Below are positions 39,872 through 50,581 of a stretch of DNA of 64,000 bases, in pieces. The DNA is taken from contig CAVWFS010000018.1 of NCBI GenBank assembly GCA_963754315.1, forward strand, positions 650,047 to 714,046, in the 5' to 3' direction. The position numbers were made by a program, and so were the translations under genes. The notes under the pieces were generated by a model. It saw only the letters and a list, made by a program, of their open reading frames with translations. It was not told the DNA's origin and searched no databases. Position 1 is the stretch's first letter. Each line of letters opens with the position of its first letter. Origin of the DNA: an uncultured Candidatus Rokubacteria bacterium (GTDB lineage: Bacteria; Methylomirabilota; Methylomirabilia; Rokubacteriales; CSP1-6).

Positions 39872-41043
39872 AACGTCTTACCATCCTGGGCGCCACCGGG
39901 TCCGTTGGCCTGCGAGCCCTCGAGCTGGTCTCGAGCTTTCCCGAGGAGTTTCGGGTGGTTGGCCTCGCCGCGCGGGGCTCCAACATCGACCTGCTCGCCG
40001 ATCTCTGCCGCAAGTACGGACCCAAGGCGGTGGCCCTGCTCGATGAGGGGGCCGTCGATCGCCTCGCCGCCGTGCTGCCGGCTCCGCGGCCGGAGCTCCT
40101 CCGCGGGCCGGCCGGACTGATTGAGCTGGCTGGCCAAGTGGACGCCGATATCGTGATCTCCGCGCTGGTGGGGGCGGCAGGCTTGCTTCCCACCATGGCC
40201 GCCATTCGGGCGGGCCGAACGCTCGCCCTCGCCAACAAGGAAACTCTCGTCATGGCGGGCAGCCTCATGACGGCGGCCGCCCGCGCGCGGGATGTAGCGC
40301 TTCTGCCCGTGGATTCCGAGCACAGCGCAGTGTTTCAATGTCTGCAGGGGCACAACCGGCAGGATGTGCACCGCATCCTCCTCACGGCGTCCGGTGGGCC
40401 TTTCCGTAATCGGCCCAAGGACGCGTTTGAGTCCATCACCGTGGAGGATGCCCTTCGTCATCCCACCTGGAAGATGGGCGCCAAGATCACCATCGATTCG
40501 GCAACCCTGATGAACAAGGGTCTCGAGATCATCGAGGCACGCTGGCTGTTCGACCTGGCGCCTGACCGCATCGCGGTCGTCGTGCACCCACAGTCGATCG
40601 TCCACTCCATGGTCGAGTACATCGACGGATCGATCATCGCGCAACTCGGGGTCGCCGACATGGGGGTGCCTATCCTCTATGCCTTGACCTACCCGGAGCG
40701 TCGCCCCACGCCCGCCGCTCGGCTCGACCTCGCGCGGATTGGCCAGCTGACCTTCGAGGAGCCCGACACCGACCGGTTCCCCTGCCTTGCTCTGGCGCGT
40801 GCCGCCCTGACGCAGGGTGCCCGGGCCCCGGTCGTGCTCAACGCCGCCAACGAAGTCGCGGTGGCAGCTTTCCTCGAACGCCGCCTCGGATTTGCGGATA
40901 TCCCTATACTGATCGAGCGGGCTCTCTCGGCTGATCCCGGGGGAGGCTTAAACTCCATCGAAGAGTGTGTCGCGGTCGACGGTGAGACACGTCGGCGCGT
41001 GCAGGCGCTCGTCGATCAGCGTGCGGGAGGGCGATCGAAGTGA
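39868..41043 (+). CDS. dxr: 1-deoxy-D-xylulose 5-phosphate reductoisomerase.
   Basis: LTILGATGSVG, LANKETLV, DSEHSAVFQC motifs. ATGA overlap with cdsA. Confidence 0.9.
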   Translation: MKRLTILGATGSVGLRALELVSSFPEEFRVVGLAARGSNIDLLADLCRKYGPKAVALLDEGAVDRLAAVLPAPRPELLRGPAGLIELAGQVDADIVISALVGAAGLLPTMAAIRAGRTLALANKETLVMAGSLMTAAARARDVALLPVDSEHSAVFQCLQGHNRQDVHRILLTASGGPFRNRPKDAFESITVEDALRHPTWKMGAKITIDSATLMNKGLEIIEARWLFDLAPDRIAVVVHPQSIVHSMVEYIDGSIIAQLGVADMGVPILYALTYPERRPTPAARLDLARIGQLTFEEPDTDRFPCLALARAALTQGARAPVVLNAANEVAVAAFLERRLGFADIPILIERALSADPGGGLNSIEECVAVDGETRRRVQALVDQRAGGRSK

Positions 41044-42402
41044 CCACGGTCGTATCGTTCATTGTCGTCATCGGGGTCCTGATCCTGATTCACGAGCTTG
41101 GCCACTTCATCATGGCGCGGCTGACCGGGGTCGGTGTGGAGCGGTTTTCCATCGGCTTCGGCCCCGTGCTCCTGCGCTGGCGCGGCAAGGAGACCGAGTA
41201 CTGCCTGTCCGCGATTCCCATGGGCGGATACGTAAAGATGGTCGGCGAGGAGAACCCGCTCGAAGGCGGTGGGTCGGCGGCCTCCGATCCTGCGAAAGCC
41301 TTTGCCACCAAGCCCCTCTGGGCCCGCTTCCTCATCGTCTTCGCTGGCCCGGCGATGAACTTCGTCCTGGCCGCCGTGATCTTCGCCATCGTGCTCGGTA
41401 CCGTGGGCCGCCCGGTGTGGCCGGCCGTGGTGGGTAAGGTCGCACCCGGGGGACCAGCGGCAGCTCTGCAGAGCGGAGACCTTGTCGTGCGGGCGAACGG
41501 CGAGGCCGTCCGGAGCTGGGAGGATCTGGATCGGGTGATCGCCGCGTCGCATGGCCGCCCCCTGCAGCTTGTGGTAAAGCGGGCCGGCGTCGAGCAGACC
41601 CTGATGCTGACCCCGCGTCACTCCGTCACGCGCGATCCCATTTTCAAGGAACCGCGGGACACATGGGACATTGGGGCGGGTCCCCAGCTCACCCCGCAGA
41701 TCGGTATCGTGAACGGCGGCTCGCCGGCAGAGCGGGCGGGGCTCAAGCCGGGGGATGTCATCCTCGCCGTGTCTGGGGAACCGGTCTTCACGCCCGAGGA
41801 TCTGATGCTGGCTATCCAGAAGCGGCCCGGGCAAACGTTCGACCTCACCGTCGAACGGGGCGGGCAGCGCCAGACGCTCCCCGTGTCCGCCGAGCGCAAG
41901 ATCGACAAGAGTCCATCCGGCGAGGAGGTCGAGGTCGGCCGCATCGGCGTGTCCATCGTCACCCGGACCGTGAGGTACGAGCCCTATTCGCCGTTGGCCG
42001 CCGTGTGGTACGGCGGCGTACGGACGTGGGATATGACGGCTGGTGACGGTGAAGGGGTTGTGGAAGATTGTCTCCCGCCAGATCGACTCCTCGAACATTG
42101 GTGGTCCCATCCAGATCGCATCCGAAGCGGGTCGGCAGGCTCAGGAAGGGCTTGGTTCCCTCGCTCTCTTCACGGCCATCATCAGCGTGAACCTGGCCGT
42201 GCTGAACTTGCTGCCGGTGCCGATGCTCGACGGTGGCCACTTGTTGTTCTTCGTCATCGAAGCCGTGCTGGGCCGACCGCTGTCGCTCCGGAAGCGCGAG
42301 GCCGCTCAGCAGCTCGGATTCGTGCTCCTGGTCCTCCTCATGGTGTTCGCGCTCTACAACGACCTTGTGCGGATTGACGCCTTCAAGTTCCTACGCCAAT
42401 AG
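41040..42402 (+). CDS. rseP: RIP zinc metalloprotease RseP (site-2 protease). Apparent +1 frameshift near 42036-42040 separates the last ~119 codons.
   Basis: HELGHFIMA (HExxH), PDZ domain, then ORF 42043..42402 carrying the NLLPVPMLDGGHLLF motif. Junction TWDMT/LVTVKGLWK aligns with E. coli RseP. Confidence 0.85.
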
Positions 42403-42409
42403 AGGATCT

Positions 42410-43489
42410 ATGATCACTCGGCGAAAGACTCGTCAGATTCAGGTGGGCGCGGTGAAGGTCGGAGGTCAGGCTCCGATTACCGTGCAGTCCATGACCAAGA
42501 CGGACACCCGTGACGTGCAGGCAACGTTGCTGGAGATCTGGGCGTTGGAGGCGGCCGGGTGCGACATCGTACGCTGCGCTGTCCCCGTGCGGGAAGCGGC
42601 GGAGAAGCTGGGCGAGATCAAACGGCAGATCCGCATTCCGCTGGTGGCCGACATCCACTTCAACTACAAGCTGGCTCTGATCGCCCTCGAGCAGGGCGTG
42701 GACGGGCTGCGCCTGAACCCGGGCAACATCGGGGGTGTCGCCTTCGTGCGCGAGGTCGTCAACCTGGCCAAGGAGCGGAAGATCCCCATCCGGATCGGAG
42801 TCAACGCGGGCTCACTGGAGAAGGATCTTCTGACCCGGTACCAGGGGCCGACCCCGGAAGGTATGGTGGAATCAGCCCTCCGCCACATCCGGATCCTGGA
42901 GGACCTGGACTACCCCGAGCTGAAAGTGTCGTTGAAGGCCTCCGATCCGCTGATGATGATCGAGGCGTACCGGATGCTTGCCGAGCAGGTCGACTATCCG
43001 TTCCACCTCGGGGTGACCGAGGCGGGGACACCGGGGGTGGGCACCATCAAGTCGGCCGTAGGGCTGGGGGCGCTGCTCTCGGAGGGAATCGGCGATACCA
43101 TCCGGGTGTCCCTGTCGGCCGATCCGACGGAAGAGGTTGGTGTCGGCCTCGATATCCTCAAATCGCTCGGGCTTCGCCGCGGGGGTCTCACGTTCGTGTC
43201 CTGTCCGTCGTGCGGACGAGCGGACGTGGACCTCGTGAAGCTGGCGCGCGAGGTGGAGGCAGAGTTCAAAGGCCTGAACGAGGAGATCCACATCGCGGTG
43301 ATGGGGTGCGAGGTCAATGGTCCCGGCGAGGCCCGGGCCGCCGACATCGGCGTGGCCGGGGGACGGGGGATCGGGCTGATCTTCAAGAACGGCGAGGTGA
43401 TTCGCAAGGTACCGGAAGCGGACATCGTCCGCGCCATGCGGGAAGAGGTGAACAGGTTCCTCGAAGAGCGGCGGGCGACCAAGGTCTAG
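42410..43489 (+). CDS. ispG: 4-hydroxy-3-methylbut-2-en-1-yl diphosphate synthase (GcpE).
   Basis: MITRRKTRQIQVG...SMTKTDT..., CPSCGR and MGCEVNGPGE Cys motifs. Confidence 0.9.
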   Translation: MITRRKTRQIQVGAVKVGGQAPITVQSMTKTDTRDVQATLLEIWALEAAGCDIVRCAVPVREAAEKLGEIKRQIRIPLVADIHFNYKLALIALEQGVDGLRLNPGNIGGVAFVREVVNLAKERKIPIRIGVNAGSLEKDLLTRYQGPTPEGMVESALRHIRILEDLDYPELKVSLKASDPLMMIEAYRMLAEQVDYPFHLGVTEAGTPGVGTIKSAVGLGALLSEGIGDTIRVSLSADPTEEVGVGLDILKSLGLRRGGLTFVSCPSCGRADVDLVKLAREVEAEFKGLNEEIHIAVMGCEVNGPGEARAADIGVAGGRGIGLIFKNGEVIRKVPEADIVRAMREEVNRFLEERRATKV

Positions 43490-43490
43490 G

Positions 43491-45203
43491 GTGCGATTCA
43501 CGCGGTCGCTCGTTCCCACCCTTCGGGAGGTCCCCGCCGACACCGAGGCCATCAGCCATCGCCTCATGCTGCGGGCCGGGTTGGTGCGACAGCTGGGTGC
43601 AGGGATCTACGTGTATCTGCCACTCGGGCAGCGCGTCCTCGACAAGATCAACGGCATTCTCCGCGAGGAGATGAATGCGATCGGCGGGCAGGAGATCACC
43701 ATGCCCGTGCTGCACCCGGCCGAGATCTGGCGCGAATCCGGACGATGGGACGCCGTCGGCGAGGAGATGTTCCGTCTGAAGGACCGCCACGGGCGCGACC
43801 TCTGCCTGGGGATGACTCACGAGGAGGTGGTCGCGTGGCTGGCCGCCCGGGAGATCCGGTCCTATCGCGATCTTCCCCAAGTCTGGTACCAGATCCAGAC
43901 CAAAGAGCGCGACGAGGCCCGCCCGCGCTCAGGCGTACTGCGCACGCGGGAGTTCCTCATGAAGGACTCCTACACCCTCGATCCCGACGCGGCGTCGCTC
44001 GAGCGCTCGTATACGGCCCACGAACACGCCTACCGACGCATCTTCGACCGCTGTGGGCTCCGTTACCACGTCGTGCAGGCCGACCCTGGGATGATGGGGG
44101 GACTGGGTTCCCACGAGTTCATGGCGCCTAGCGCGGCCGGCGAGGACGAGATCGCCCTTTGTGCGGCGTGTGGTTACGCGGCCAACGTGGAGCTCGCCAG
44201 GGGGAGACCGGCCGTGCCCGAGTTCCCGGCCGAGGAGCGTGCCGAGGTGGCGACACCGAACGCGCGCACCATCGCCGAGGTTTCGGGCCTGCTCGGCATC
44301 GATCCGCGTCGCACGATAAAGTCGCTTCTCTACGTGGCCGAGAAGTCCGGCCCCATCCTCGCCCTCGTCCGAGGAGATCACGCGATTCACGAGCGGAAGC
44401 TCGCGCGCGCGCTGGCCGAGCCGTTTCGTCCGGCGCACCCGGGCGAAATCCAAGAGCATCTGGGCGCACCCGCCGGGAGTGTGGGACCGCTGGGAGTCAG
44501 CCTGCCTGTCCTTGCCGACGAGGTCCTTGCCGACGGCCGTTACGTGGTCGGCGCCAACCGCGAGGGCTTCCACCTGCGCGGGGTGGTGCCTGGCCGAGAT
44601 TTCACGTGCCGATTCGTCGATCTGCACACGGTGGCTCCCGGGGAAGCGTGCCCGCAGTGTGGTGGCGCCCTGGTGGTGGAGCGGGTCATCGAGATCGGCA
44701 ACATCTTCAAACTCGGCACGACGTACTCGGTGCCGTTGGGCGCCATGTACCTGGACGAGGCGGGCAAGGAGCAACCCGTCGTGATGGGCAGCTATGGCAT
44801 CGGGCCGGCACGCATCGCAGCGGCCGCCGTTGAACAACTGAACGACGACGACGGCATCGTTTGGCCGTGGTCGATCGCGCCCTTCCACGTCCACATCGTT
44901 CTCGTCAGCGGCCGTGATGCCGAGCAACGGAATGCCGCCGAGACCATCTATGCCGAGTGCTGGCGCCATGGTCTGGAGGCCTTGCTCGACGACCGGGATG
45001 AGCGGCCGGGGGTGAAGTTCAAGGACGCGGATCTGTTGGGAATTCCCCTGCGGATTACGGTGGGCAATGCCCTCACCCGCGAGGGAGTCGTAGAGATCCG
45101 AACGCGACGCGATGGGGCCCAGTGGCGCGCCCCGAAGGATCAAGTGTTTAGTACCCTCCTCGACCTCAGAGCGACACTGGCCGGAGGGTCCGCCACGCGC
45201 TGA
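43491..45203 (+). CDS. proS: prolyl-tRNA synthetase (bacterial type with INS editing domain).
   Basis: Class II motifs, FRLKDRHGRDLCLGMTHEE, C-terminal anticodon-binding domain. GTG start. Confidence 0.9.
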   Translation: MRFTRSLVPTLREVPADTEAISHRLMLRAGLVRQLGAGIYVYLPLGQRVLDKINGILREEMNAIGGQEITMPVLHPAEIWRESGRWDAVGEEMFRLKDRHGRDLCLGMTHEEVVAWLAAREIRSYRDLPQVWYQIQTKERDEARPRSGVLRTREFLMKDSYTLDPDAASLERSYTAHEHAYRRIFDRCGLRYHVVQADPGMMGGLGSHEFMAPSAAGEDEIALCAACGYAANVELARGRPAVPEFPAEERAEVATPNARTIAEVSGLLGIDPRRTIKSLLYVAEKSGPILALVRGDHAIHERKLARALAEPFRPAHPGEIQEHLGAPAGSVGPLGVSLPVLADEVLADGRYVVGANREGFHLRGVVPGRDFTCRFVDLHTVAPGEACPQCGGALVVERVIEIGNIFKLGTTYSVPLGAMYLDEAGKEQPVVMGSYGIGPARIAAAAVEQLNDDDGIVWPWSIAPFHVHIVLVSGRDAEQRNAAETIYAECWRHGLEALLDDRDERPGVKFKDADLLGIPLRITVGNALTREGVVEIRTRRDGAQWRAPKDQVFSTLLDLRATLAGGSATR

Positions 45204-45237
45204 GCTTGCCTGGTCCCCAACCTCGTGCTAAAGTCTT

Positions 45238-45266
45238 GAAAAAGTGGGCGTCGCCCACTTTTTTAC
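45238..45266 (+). terminator. rho-independent terminator downstream of proS (bidirectional A-tract/hairpin/T-tract).
   Basis: AAAAAGTGGGCGTCGCCCACTTTTTT. Confidence 0.7.
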
Positions 45267-45281
45267 TTTTGGTGATCGCCG

Positions 45282-45749
45282 ATGCCGGACGACGCTCAAC
45301 TCGCGCGGATCGAGAAGGTCATCCAGCCGGTGCTGGGAGAGCATGGCTTGGAACTGGTCGATCTCGACTGCAGAGGCGTCCGTCCGCGTGCTGTGCTGCG
45401 GGTGTTTGTCGACAAGGTGGGTGGAGTGCGGGTGGCTGACTGCGAGCGGTTAAGTCGGGAACTGGGGGATATCCTGGACGTGGCGGGTGTGATCGAAGGC
45501 GCCTACGACTTGGAGGTGTCCTCACCCGGCCTGGACCGGCCCCTCCGCAAGGAGCGAGAGTTCCGCTGGGCGCTCGGAAAGCCCGTGCGATGCTGGGTCG
45601 CCGGGGGAGAGGAGTTCGCCGGGCGTCTGGCCGAAGTGGCGGATGAGCGGCTCGTGCTGGAACGCGCGGGGCAACGAGTGGAAGTCTCCCGTGCGGCATT
45701 GACCAAGGCTCGCCTCGACATCGAGATACCCTGGTCGCGGCGACCGTGA
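45282..45749 (+). CDS. rimP: ribosome maturation factor RimP.
   Basis: RimP family (LELVDLDCRG...VFVDK...LEVSSPGLDRPL). Immediately upstream of nusA. Confidence 0.85.
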   Translation: MPDDAQLARIEKVIQPVLGEHGLELVDLDCRGVRPRAVLRVFVDKVGGVRVADCERLSRELGDILDVAGVIEGAYDLEVSSPGLDRPLRKEREFRWALGKPVRCWVAGGEEFAGRLAEVADERLVLERAGQRVEVSRAALTKARLDIEIPWSRRP

Positions 45750-45756
45750 CGATAGC

Positions 45757-47073
45757 GTGAATCGCGAACTGATTACCGTGATCGAGCAGATTGGACGCGA
45801 GAAGGGGATCAATCCCGAAATCCTCTTCGAGGCGCTGGAGTCTGCCCTCCTGTCGGCCGCCAAGAAGACCCCCGACAGCGTGCGCATGGAACTGGATCGC
45901 AAGACGGGGGCCCTGCGCCTGTACGGGCGGAAGAAGGTCGTCCAGGAGGTCGAGGATCCCTCCATGGAAGTCGCCCTAGGCGAAGCGAAGGCCCTCAACC
46001 CGGCCGCCGAAGTGGGGGACGAGCTGGAGCAGGAGCTTCCCCCCCAGCAGTTCGGGCGCATCGACGCCCAGCGCGCCAAGCAGGTGATCCTGCAGCGCGT
46101 GCGCGACGCCGAGCGCGAGAGCATCTACTCGGAGTTTGCCAACAAGGAAGGGCAGATTGTCCGGGGCGTGATTCATCGGATCGAGAAGCGTAACGTGATC
46201 CTAGAGATCGGGAAGGCAGAGGCCGTTCTCCCCGAGCGCGAGCAGATTCCCGGTGAGCGCCACAATCCAGGCGATCGCGTCCGCGCGTATGTCCTGGAAG
46301 TGCGGCGCACGGCCAAGGGGCCTCAGGTGGTTCTCTCACGGACGCACCCCGGATACCTGGTTCGACTCTTCGAAACGGAGATTCCCGAGATTCAGGAGGG
46401 GATCGTGATTGTGAAGGCCGCTGCTCGCGAAGCAGCGGAGCGAGCCAAGGTTGCGGTGGCGTCGACCCGGCGCGACGTCGATCCGATCGGGGCCTGCGTC
46501 GGACTGCGGGGCACGCGGATCCAGGTCATCAGCCGGGAGTTGCGGGGCGAGAAGATTGATATCATCGAGTGGTCGCAGGATCCCTCCACCTTCGTGGCCC
46601 GAGCGCTGTCCCCGGCCAAAGTCTCGTCGGTGACCATCGCCGAGTCAGAGGGTCAGGAGGACACTCCGGCTGCGCTCGTGGTGGTTGCTGATAACCAGCT
46701 CTCGCTAGCCATCGGCAAGAAGGGGCAGAACGCGCGGCTGGCCGCCAAGCTCACCGGGATGCGGATTGATATCAAGAGCGAGTCGGAGCTTGAGGCCGAG
46801 GAGGCGGCGACGGGCACGGAGCCGCGTGCCGCGCTCCTGAGTCTCCCCGAGGTGTCGGTGGAGATCGCCGATGCGCTCGTGTCAGCTGGCCTGGGTTCGC
46901 CCGGTGCCATCGTTCATGCGGGGGTCGATCGTCTGCGGGAGGTTCACGCGATCGGCTCACACTCCGAGACAATCTATCGGGCGGCTGAAGAGTGGGTGGC
47001 GGCCCGACGCTCCCCGGCGGTCTCCCCAAGCGCGGAGGCGTTCACGCCGGATCCGCCCGCGGACCAGACGTGA
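45757..47073 (+). CDS. nusA: transcription termination/antitermination factor NusA.
   Basis: N-terminal NusA domain, S1, two KH domains (GACVGLRGTRIQ). GTG start. Confidence 0.9.
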   Translation: MNRELITVIEQIGREKGINPEILFEALESALLSAAKKTPDSVRMELDRKTGALRLYGRKKVVQEVEDPSMEVALGEAKALNPAAEVGDELEQELPPQQFGRIDAQRAKQVILQRVRDAERESIYSEFANKEGQIVRGVIHRIEKRNVILEIGKAEAVLPEREQIPGERHNPGDRVRAYVLEVRRTAKGPQVVLSRTHPGYLVRLFETEIPEIQEGIVIVKAAAREAAERAKVAVASTRRDVDPIGACVGLRGTRIQVISRELRGEKIDIIEWSQDPSTFVARALSPAKVSSVTIAESEGQEDTPAALVVVADNQLSLAIGKKGQNARLAAKLTGMRIDIKSESELEAEEAATGTEPRAALLSLPEVSVEIADALVSAGLGSPGAIVHAGVDRLREVHAIGSHSETIYRAAEEWVAARRSPAVSPSAEAFTPDPPADQT

Positions 47074-47336
47074 GCGAACCTCAGCGCACCTGTGTCGGCT
47101 GTCGTCAGGCCCGGCCCGCGCGAACCCTGATTCGGCTTGTTCGCCGCCCATCGGGTGAGGTGGTGGTGGATTCGACGAAACGGCTGCCCGGGCGCGGTGC
47201 CTATCTCTGCCCGGGGCCTGCATGCCTCGCGCGCGGTCTCGAGCGTGGCCGTCTCGCGCACGCGTTCCGGAAACCATGTGAGGTCAGGGTCAACCTGGCC
47301 GAGGAGGTGAGCGAGCGGTGGCCGCAGCCAAGGTGA
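47070..47336 (+). CDS. ylxR: YlxR/RnpM (DUF448) RNA-binding protein.
   Basis: RTCVGCRQ...GRGAYLCP motif. Conserved position between nusA and infB. GTG start overlaps the nusA stop. Confidence 0.7.
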   Translation: MSEPQRTCVGCRQARPARTLIRLVRRPSGEVVVDSTKRLPGRGAYLCPGPACLARGLERGRLAHAFRKPCEVRVNLAEEVSERWPQPR

Positions 47337-49918
47337 AGGTGATCGAACTCGCCAAGGAGCTTGGCGTGACCAGTAAGGACCTGATGGTCGCCGCCGAGGA
47401 GATGGGGCACAAGGGCGTGCGCGCCATGACACCCCTCGATAGCACGCTCGCCAACGCCCTCCGCGTCAAGCTCGGTAAGGGCCGCGATCTGCCCGAAGAG
47501 CCGAAACCGAAGCGTCCCGCCCGGGTCAAGACAGCCGAGGGCAGCCGAGGGCAGTGGAGTTGTTGACGGGGCGCCGGCCAAGATCGTGCGCCCGCGACGG
47601 CCGACACAAGCCACCGAGGAAGAGCCGCTCGAGCTACGACCGGCCGCGACCATTGTGAAGCCCAAGCCGGTCCCTGTTAGCGTTGAACCTCTCGTCGAGC
47701 CCACCCCCGCCGTCAAGTCCGAGGTCAAAACGGAGCCGGAGCCTCCACTTGTGGAGCCTGTCACGCCTGCTGTGGTTCCAATCGAACCCCTTGTCTCTCG
47801 CCCCCTCCGGTACCTCCTCCCCCGCCCAGGAAGCCGGAGCCGAGGATCGTGCCTTTCCGGCCGAGCGAGCGGCCAGGTCCCACGCCCCCCGCCCGCACAC
47901 CACGCCAACCCTTTGGACCGTTCTCACCTCCGCGCGTGACGATGGGTCCGCCGAGGCCGGCGGCACCGCCTCTGCCTCCGCGTCAGCCTCGTCCGTCTGC
48001 GGAGCCCGTGCCGGTGGTCGCACCGGCCGCTGCAACCTTGTCGCCGACGGCTGCCATGCCATCACCGTTGGCCGCCCCGCCCCCATCGACGGTCGTGGAG
48101 GCTACCGCTCCACCGGTCGTTCCCGAGACCCTCGTCGCCCCGGCTGCCGTCACCGAGACGCCGCCAGTCGAAGTCAAGCGCGAGCTCATCAGGGTGCCGG
48201 AGTCGGTCACCGTGGCCGAGTTGGCCGAAAAGATGCGCCGCAAGTCGGGTGAGGTCATCAAGGCTCTGCTCGAGCTCGGCGTCATGCGGATGGTCAACGA
48301 CTTGCTCGATCCGACCGAAGCCAAGCTGGTTGCCGACAAGTTCAACGTGGACCTCGAGATTCGCTCGATGGAAGGTGGCCTGGTGGAGGAGGACGAGGTC
48401 GATCCCGCGCAGCTGACCCTGCGTCCGCCCGTCGTCACGGTCATGGGGCACGTCGACCACGGCAAGACCTCTCTGCTCGATGCCATCCGGCGCACCAAGG
48501 TCGCCGAGAAGGAGTTTGGTGGCATCACCCAGCACATCGGCGCCTACCAGGTGATGACCTCGCACGGCAAGGTAACCTTCCTCGACACGCCAGGTCACGA
48601 AGCGTTCACGGCCATGCGCGCCCGCGGAGCCCAGGCGACCGACATCGTGATCCTCGTGGTAGCCGCCGACGACGGCGTGATGCCGCAGACCGTGGAGGCG
48701 GTCAGCCACGCCCGAGCCGCCAACGTCCCGATCATCGTCGCTGTCAACAAGGTCGACAAGCCCGAGGCCGACCCGGATCGGGTCAAGCGCGAGCTGGCCA
48801 ACCTCAACCTCGTTCCCGAGGAGTGGGGCGGGCAGACCATCTACGTACCGACATCGGCCAAGAGAGGGACGGGTATTGATCAGCTCCTGGAAATGACTGC
48901 GCTGCAAGCAGAAGTCCTCGAGCTCCGGGCCAACTCCAACCGTGCCGCCAAGGGTGTGATCATCGAGAGCCGTCTCGATCGTGGACGCGGTGCGGTGGCG
49001 ACGGTGCTGATCCAGAATGGGGCCCTGCACGAGGGCGACGCTGTCGTGGTCGGTTCACACTCGGGGCGCATCCGGGCCCTGGTCGATCCGGCGGGCAAGA
49101 AGGTCAAGACGGCGGGGCCGTCCGATGCGGTCGAGGTCCTGGGGCTGTCCGGGGTGCCCTCGGCCGGCGACGTTCTCGTGGCAGTCTCCGACGAGCGCAA
49201 GGCGCGGCAGATTGCGGGCATGCGTCAGGATCGCGACAAGTCCAAGACAAAGGCGGCGACCCGCATCACCCTGGAAGGGCTGCACAAGCAGATTCAGACG
49301 GGCGAGGTGAAGGAGCTGCGGCTGATTCTCAAGGCCGACGTGCAGGGCTCGGTGGAGGCCCTGACTGAGTCACTGGAACGACTGTCGACGGACGAAGTCA
49401 AGCTGAAGGTCATTCACGCCTCGGTGGGGGCGATCAACGAGAGCGACGTCATGCTGGCGTCGGCCTCCAACGCGATCGTCCTCGGCTTCAACGTCAAGGC
49501 AGAAGGCAAGGCGGCTACCCAGGCGCAGTCCATTGGGGTTGACGTGCGCCACTACAACGTCATCTACGAGGCCATCAACGACCTGAGGGCAGCCCTGGCT
49601 GGTCTGCTGGCGCCGGAGATCCGTGAGACGATCATCGGCCGCGCCCAGGTACGGCAGATGTTCAGCATCTCCAAGCTGGGCCCGATCTGCGGCAGCTACG
49701 TGGAGGAGGGCAAGATCACCCGAACCGGACGCGTCCGCGTCAAGCGGGGGACCGAGGTGTTTGGCGAGGGCACCGTCTCGTCCCTCAAGCGCTTCAAGGA
49801 CGAGGTGCGTGAGGTGGCGGCTGGCCTCGACTGCGGAATCGGCGTCACCGTCAGCGGGGTACAGGCCGGCGACGTCCTCGAGATCTTCAGCACCGAGGAA
49901 GTGGCGCGCACGCTCTGA
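47318..49918 (+). CDS. infB: translation initiation factor IF-2. As sequenced, the gene is interrupted in the low-complexity linker by a 10-bp tandem duplication (+1) and a second 1-nt indel (-1) about 260 nt downstream.
   Basis: Three consecutive ORFs are involved. 47318..47566 is the IF2_N domain ([17 protein letters not shown]). 47586..47939 is the Pro/Ala/Val-rich linker. 47849..49918 carries the G-domain ([24 protein letters not shown]) and the C-terminal domains. Confidence 0.85.
47533..47552 (+). repeat. perfect 10-bp tandem duplication (AGCCGAGGGC x2) inside infB that shifts the frame and leads to a TGA 12 nt later.
   Basis: Direct reading of ...ACAGCCGAGGGCAGCCGAGGGCAGTGG... Removing one copy fuses ORF 47318 with ORF 47586. 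Confidence 0.8.
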
Positions 49919-49934
49919 TCGCGGAGAGGGAACG

Positions 49935-50225
49935 ATGGCCGTCGCACGTGTGGCCCTCGGCACCATCGAGCTGCACCTGCCCGGCGCCGACTCGCTCAAG
50001 GGTAAGCGGCATATCCTACGGTCCCTCAAGGACAAGCTTCGGAATCGTTTCGCCGTCGCGGTGGCCGAAGTGGACCATCACGATGTGTGGCAACGGGCGA
50101 CCCTCGCCGTGGCCTACGTGTCCCACGACGCGCGACACGCCGATTCTGTGGTGGCCAAGGCCATCGACTTCATCGAGACGCACGTGGACGGGGAGGTCCT
50201 GGACACGTCGCTGGAGATTCTGTGA
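49935..50225 (+). CDS. DUF503 (YlxP-like) protein between infB and rbfA.
   Basis: Conserved syntenic position. RBS GAGGGA. About 96 aa. Confidence 0.7.
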   Translation: MAVARVALGTIELHLPGADSLKGKRHILRSLKDKLRNRFAVAVAEVDHHDVWQRATLAVAYVSHDARHADSVVAKAIDFIETHVDGEVLDTSLEIL

Positions 50226-50581
50226 TGCAGGGCAAGCGGCTGGATCGTGTGAATCAGCTCATCAAGGAAGAAGTGTCGTTGCTCCTGCAGCGGGAGCTGA
50301 AGGACCCGCGCCTCGGTTTCGTTACCGTCACCGATGTTGAGACGACCAAGGACCTACGGCAGGCCAAGATCTACGTATCAGTCCTGGGCAACGAAGACCA
50401 ATGGGTGGCCTCCCTCAAGGGATTGTCGAGCGCGCGCGGCTTCATCCGCCATTGGCTGCGCGATCATCTCGACCTGCGCGTGACCCCCACCCTGGAGTTT
50501 CGGCCGGACCGCTCCATGGAACACGCCGCCCACATCCAGAGCCTTCTCGCGCGTCTGGCCACCGACGAGCGCCCGGCGTGA
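50225..50581 (+). CDS. rbfA: ribosome-binding factor A.
   Basis: RVNQLIKEEVSLLLQRELKDPRLGFVTVTDVETTKDLRQAKIYVSVLG. Confidence 0.85.
   Translation: MQGKRLDRVNQLIKEEVSLLLQRELKDPRLGFVTVTDVETTKDLRQAKIYVSVLGNEDQWVASLKGLSSARGFIRHWLRDHLDLRVTPTLEFRPDRSMEHAAHIQSLLARLATDERPA

Noticed and set aside
42043-42402. Separate 119-aa gene (MTVKGLWKIV...).
   Set aside because: It is the frameshifted C-terminus of rseP (NLLPVPMLDGGH motif), not an independent gene.
47683-48252. 189-aa ORF in the third frame of the infB linker region.
   Set aside because: A by-product of the Pro/Ala-rich, GC-rich linker. The frame is neither the IF2_N nor the G-domain frame and has no homology.
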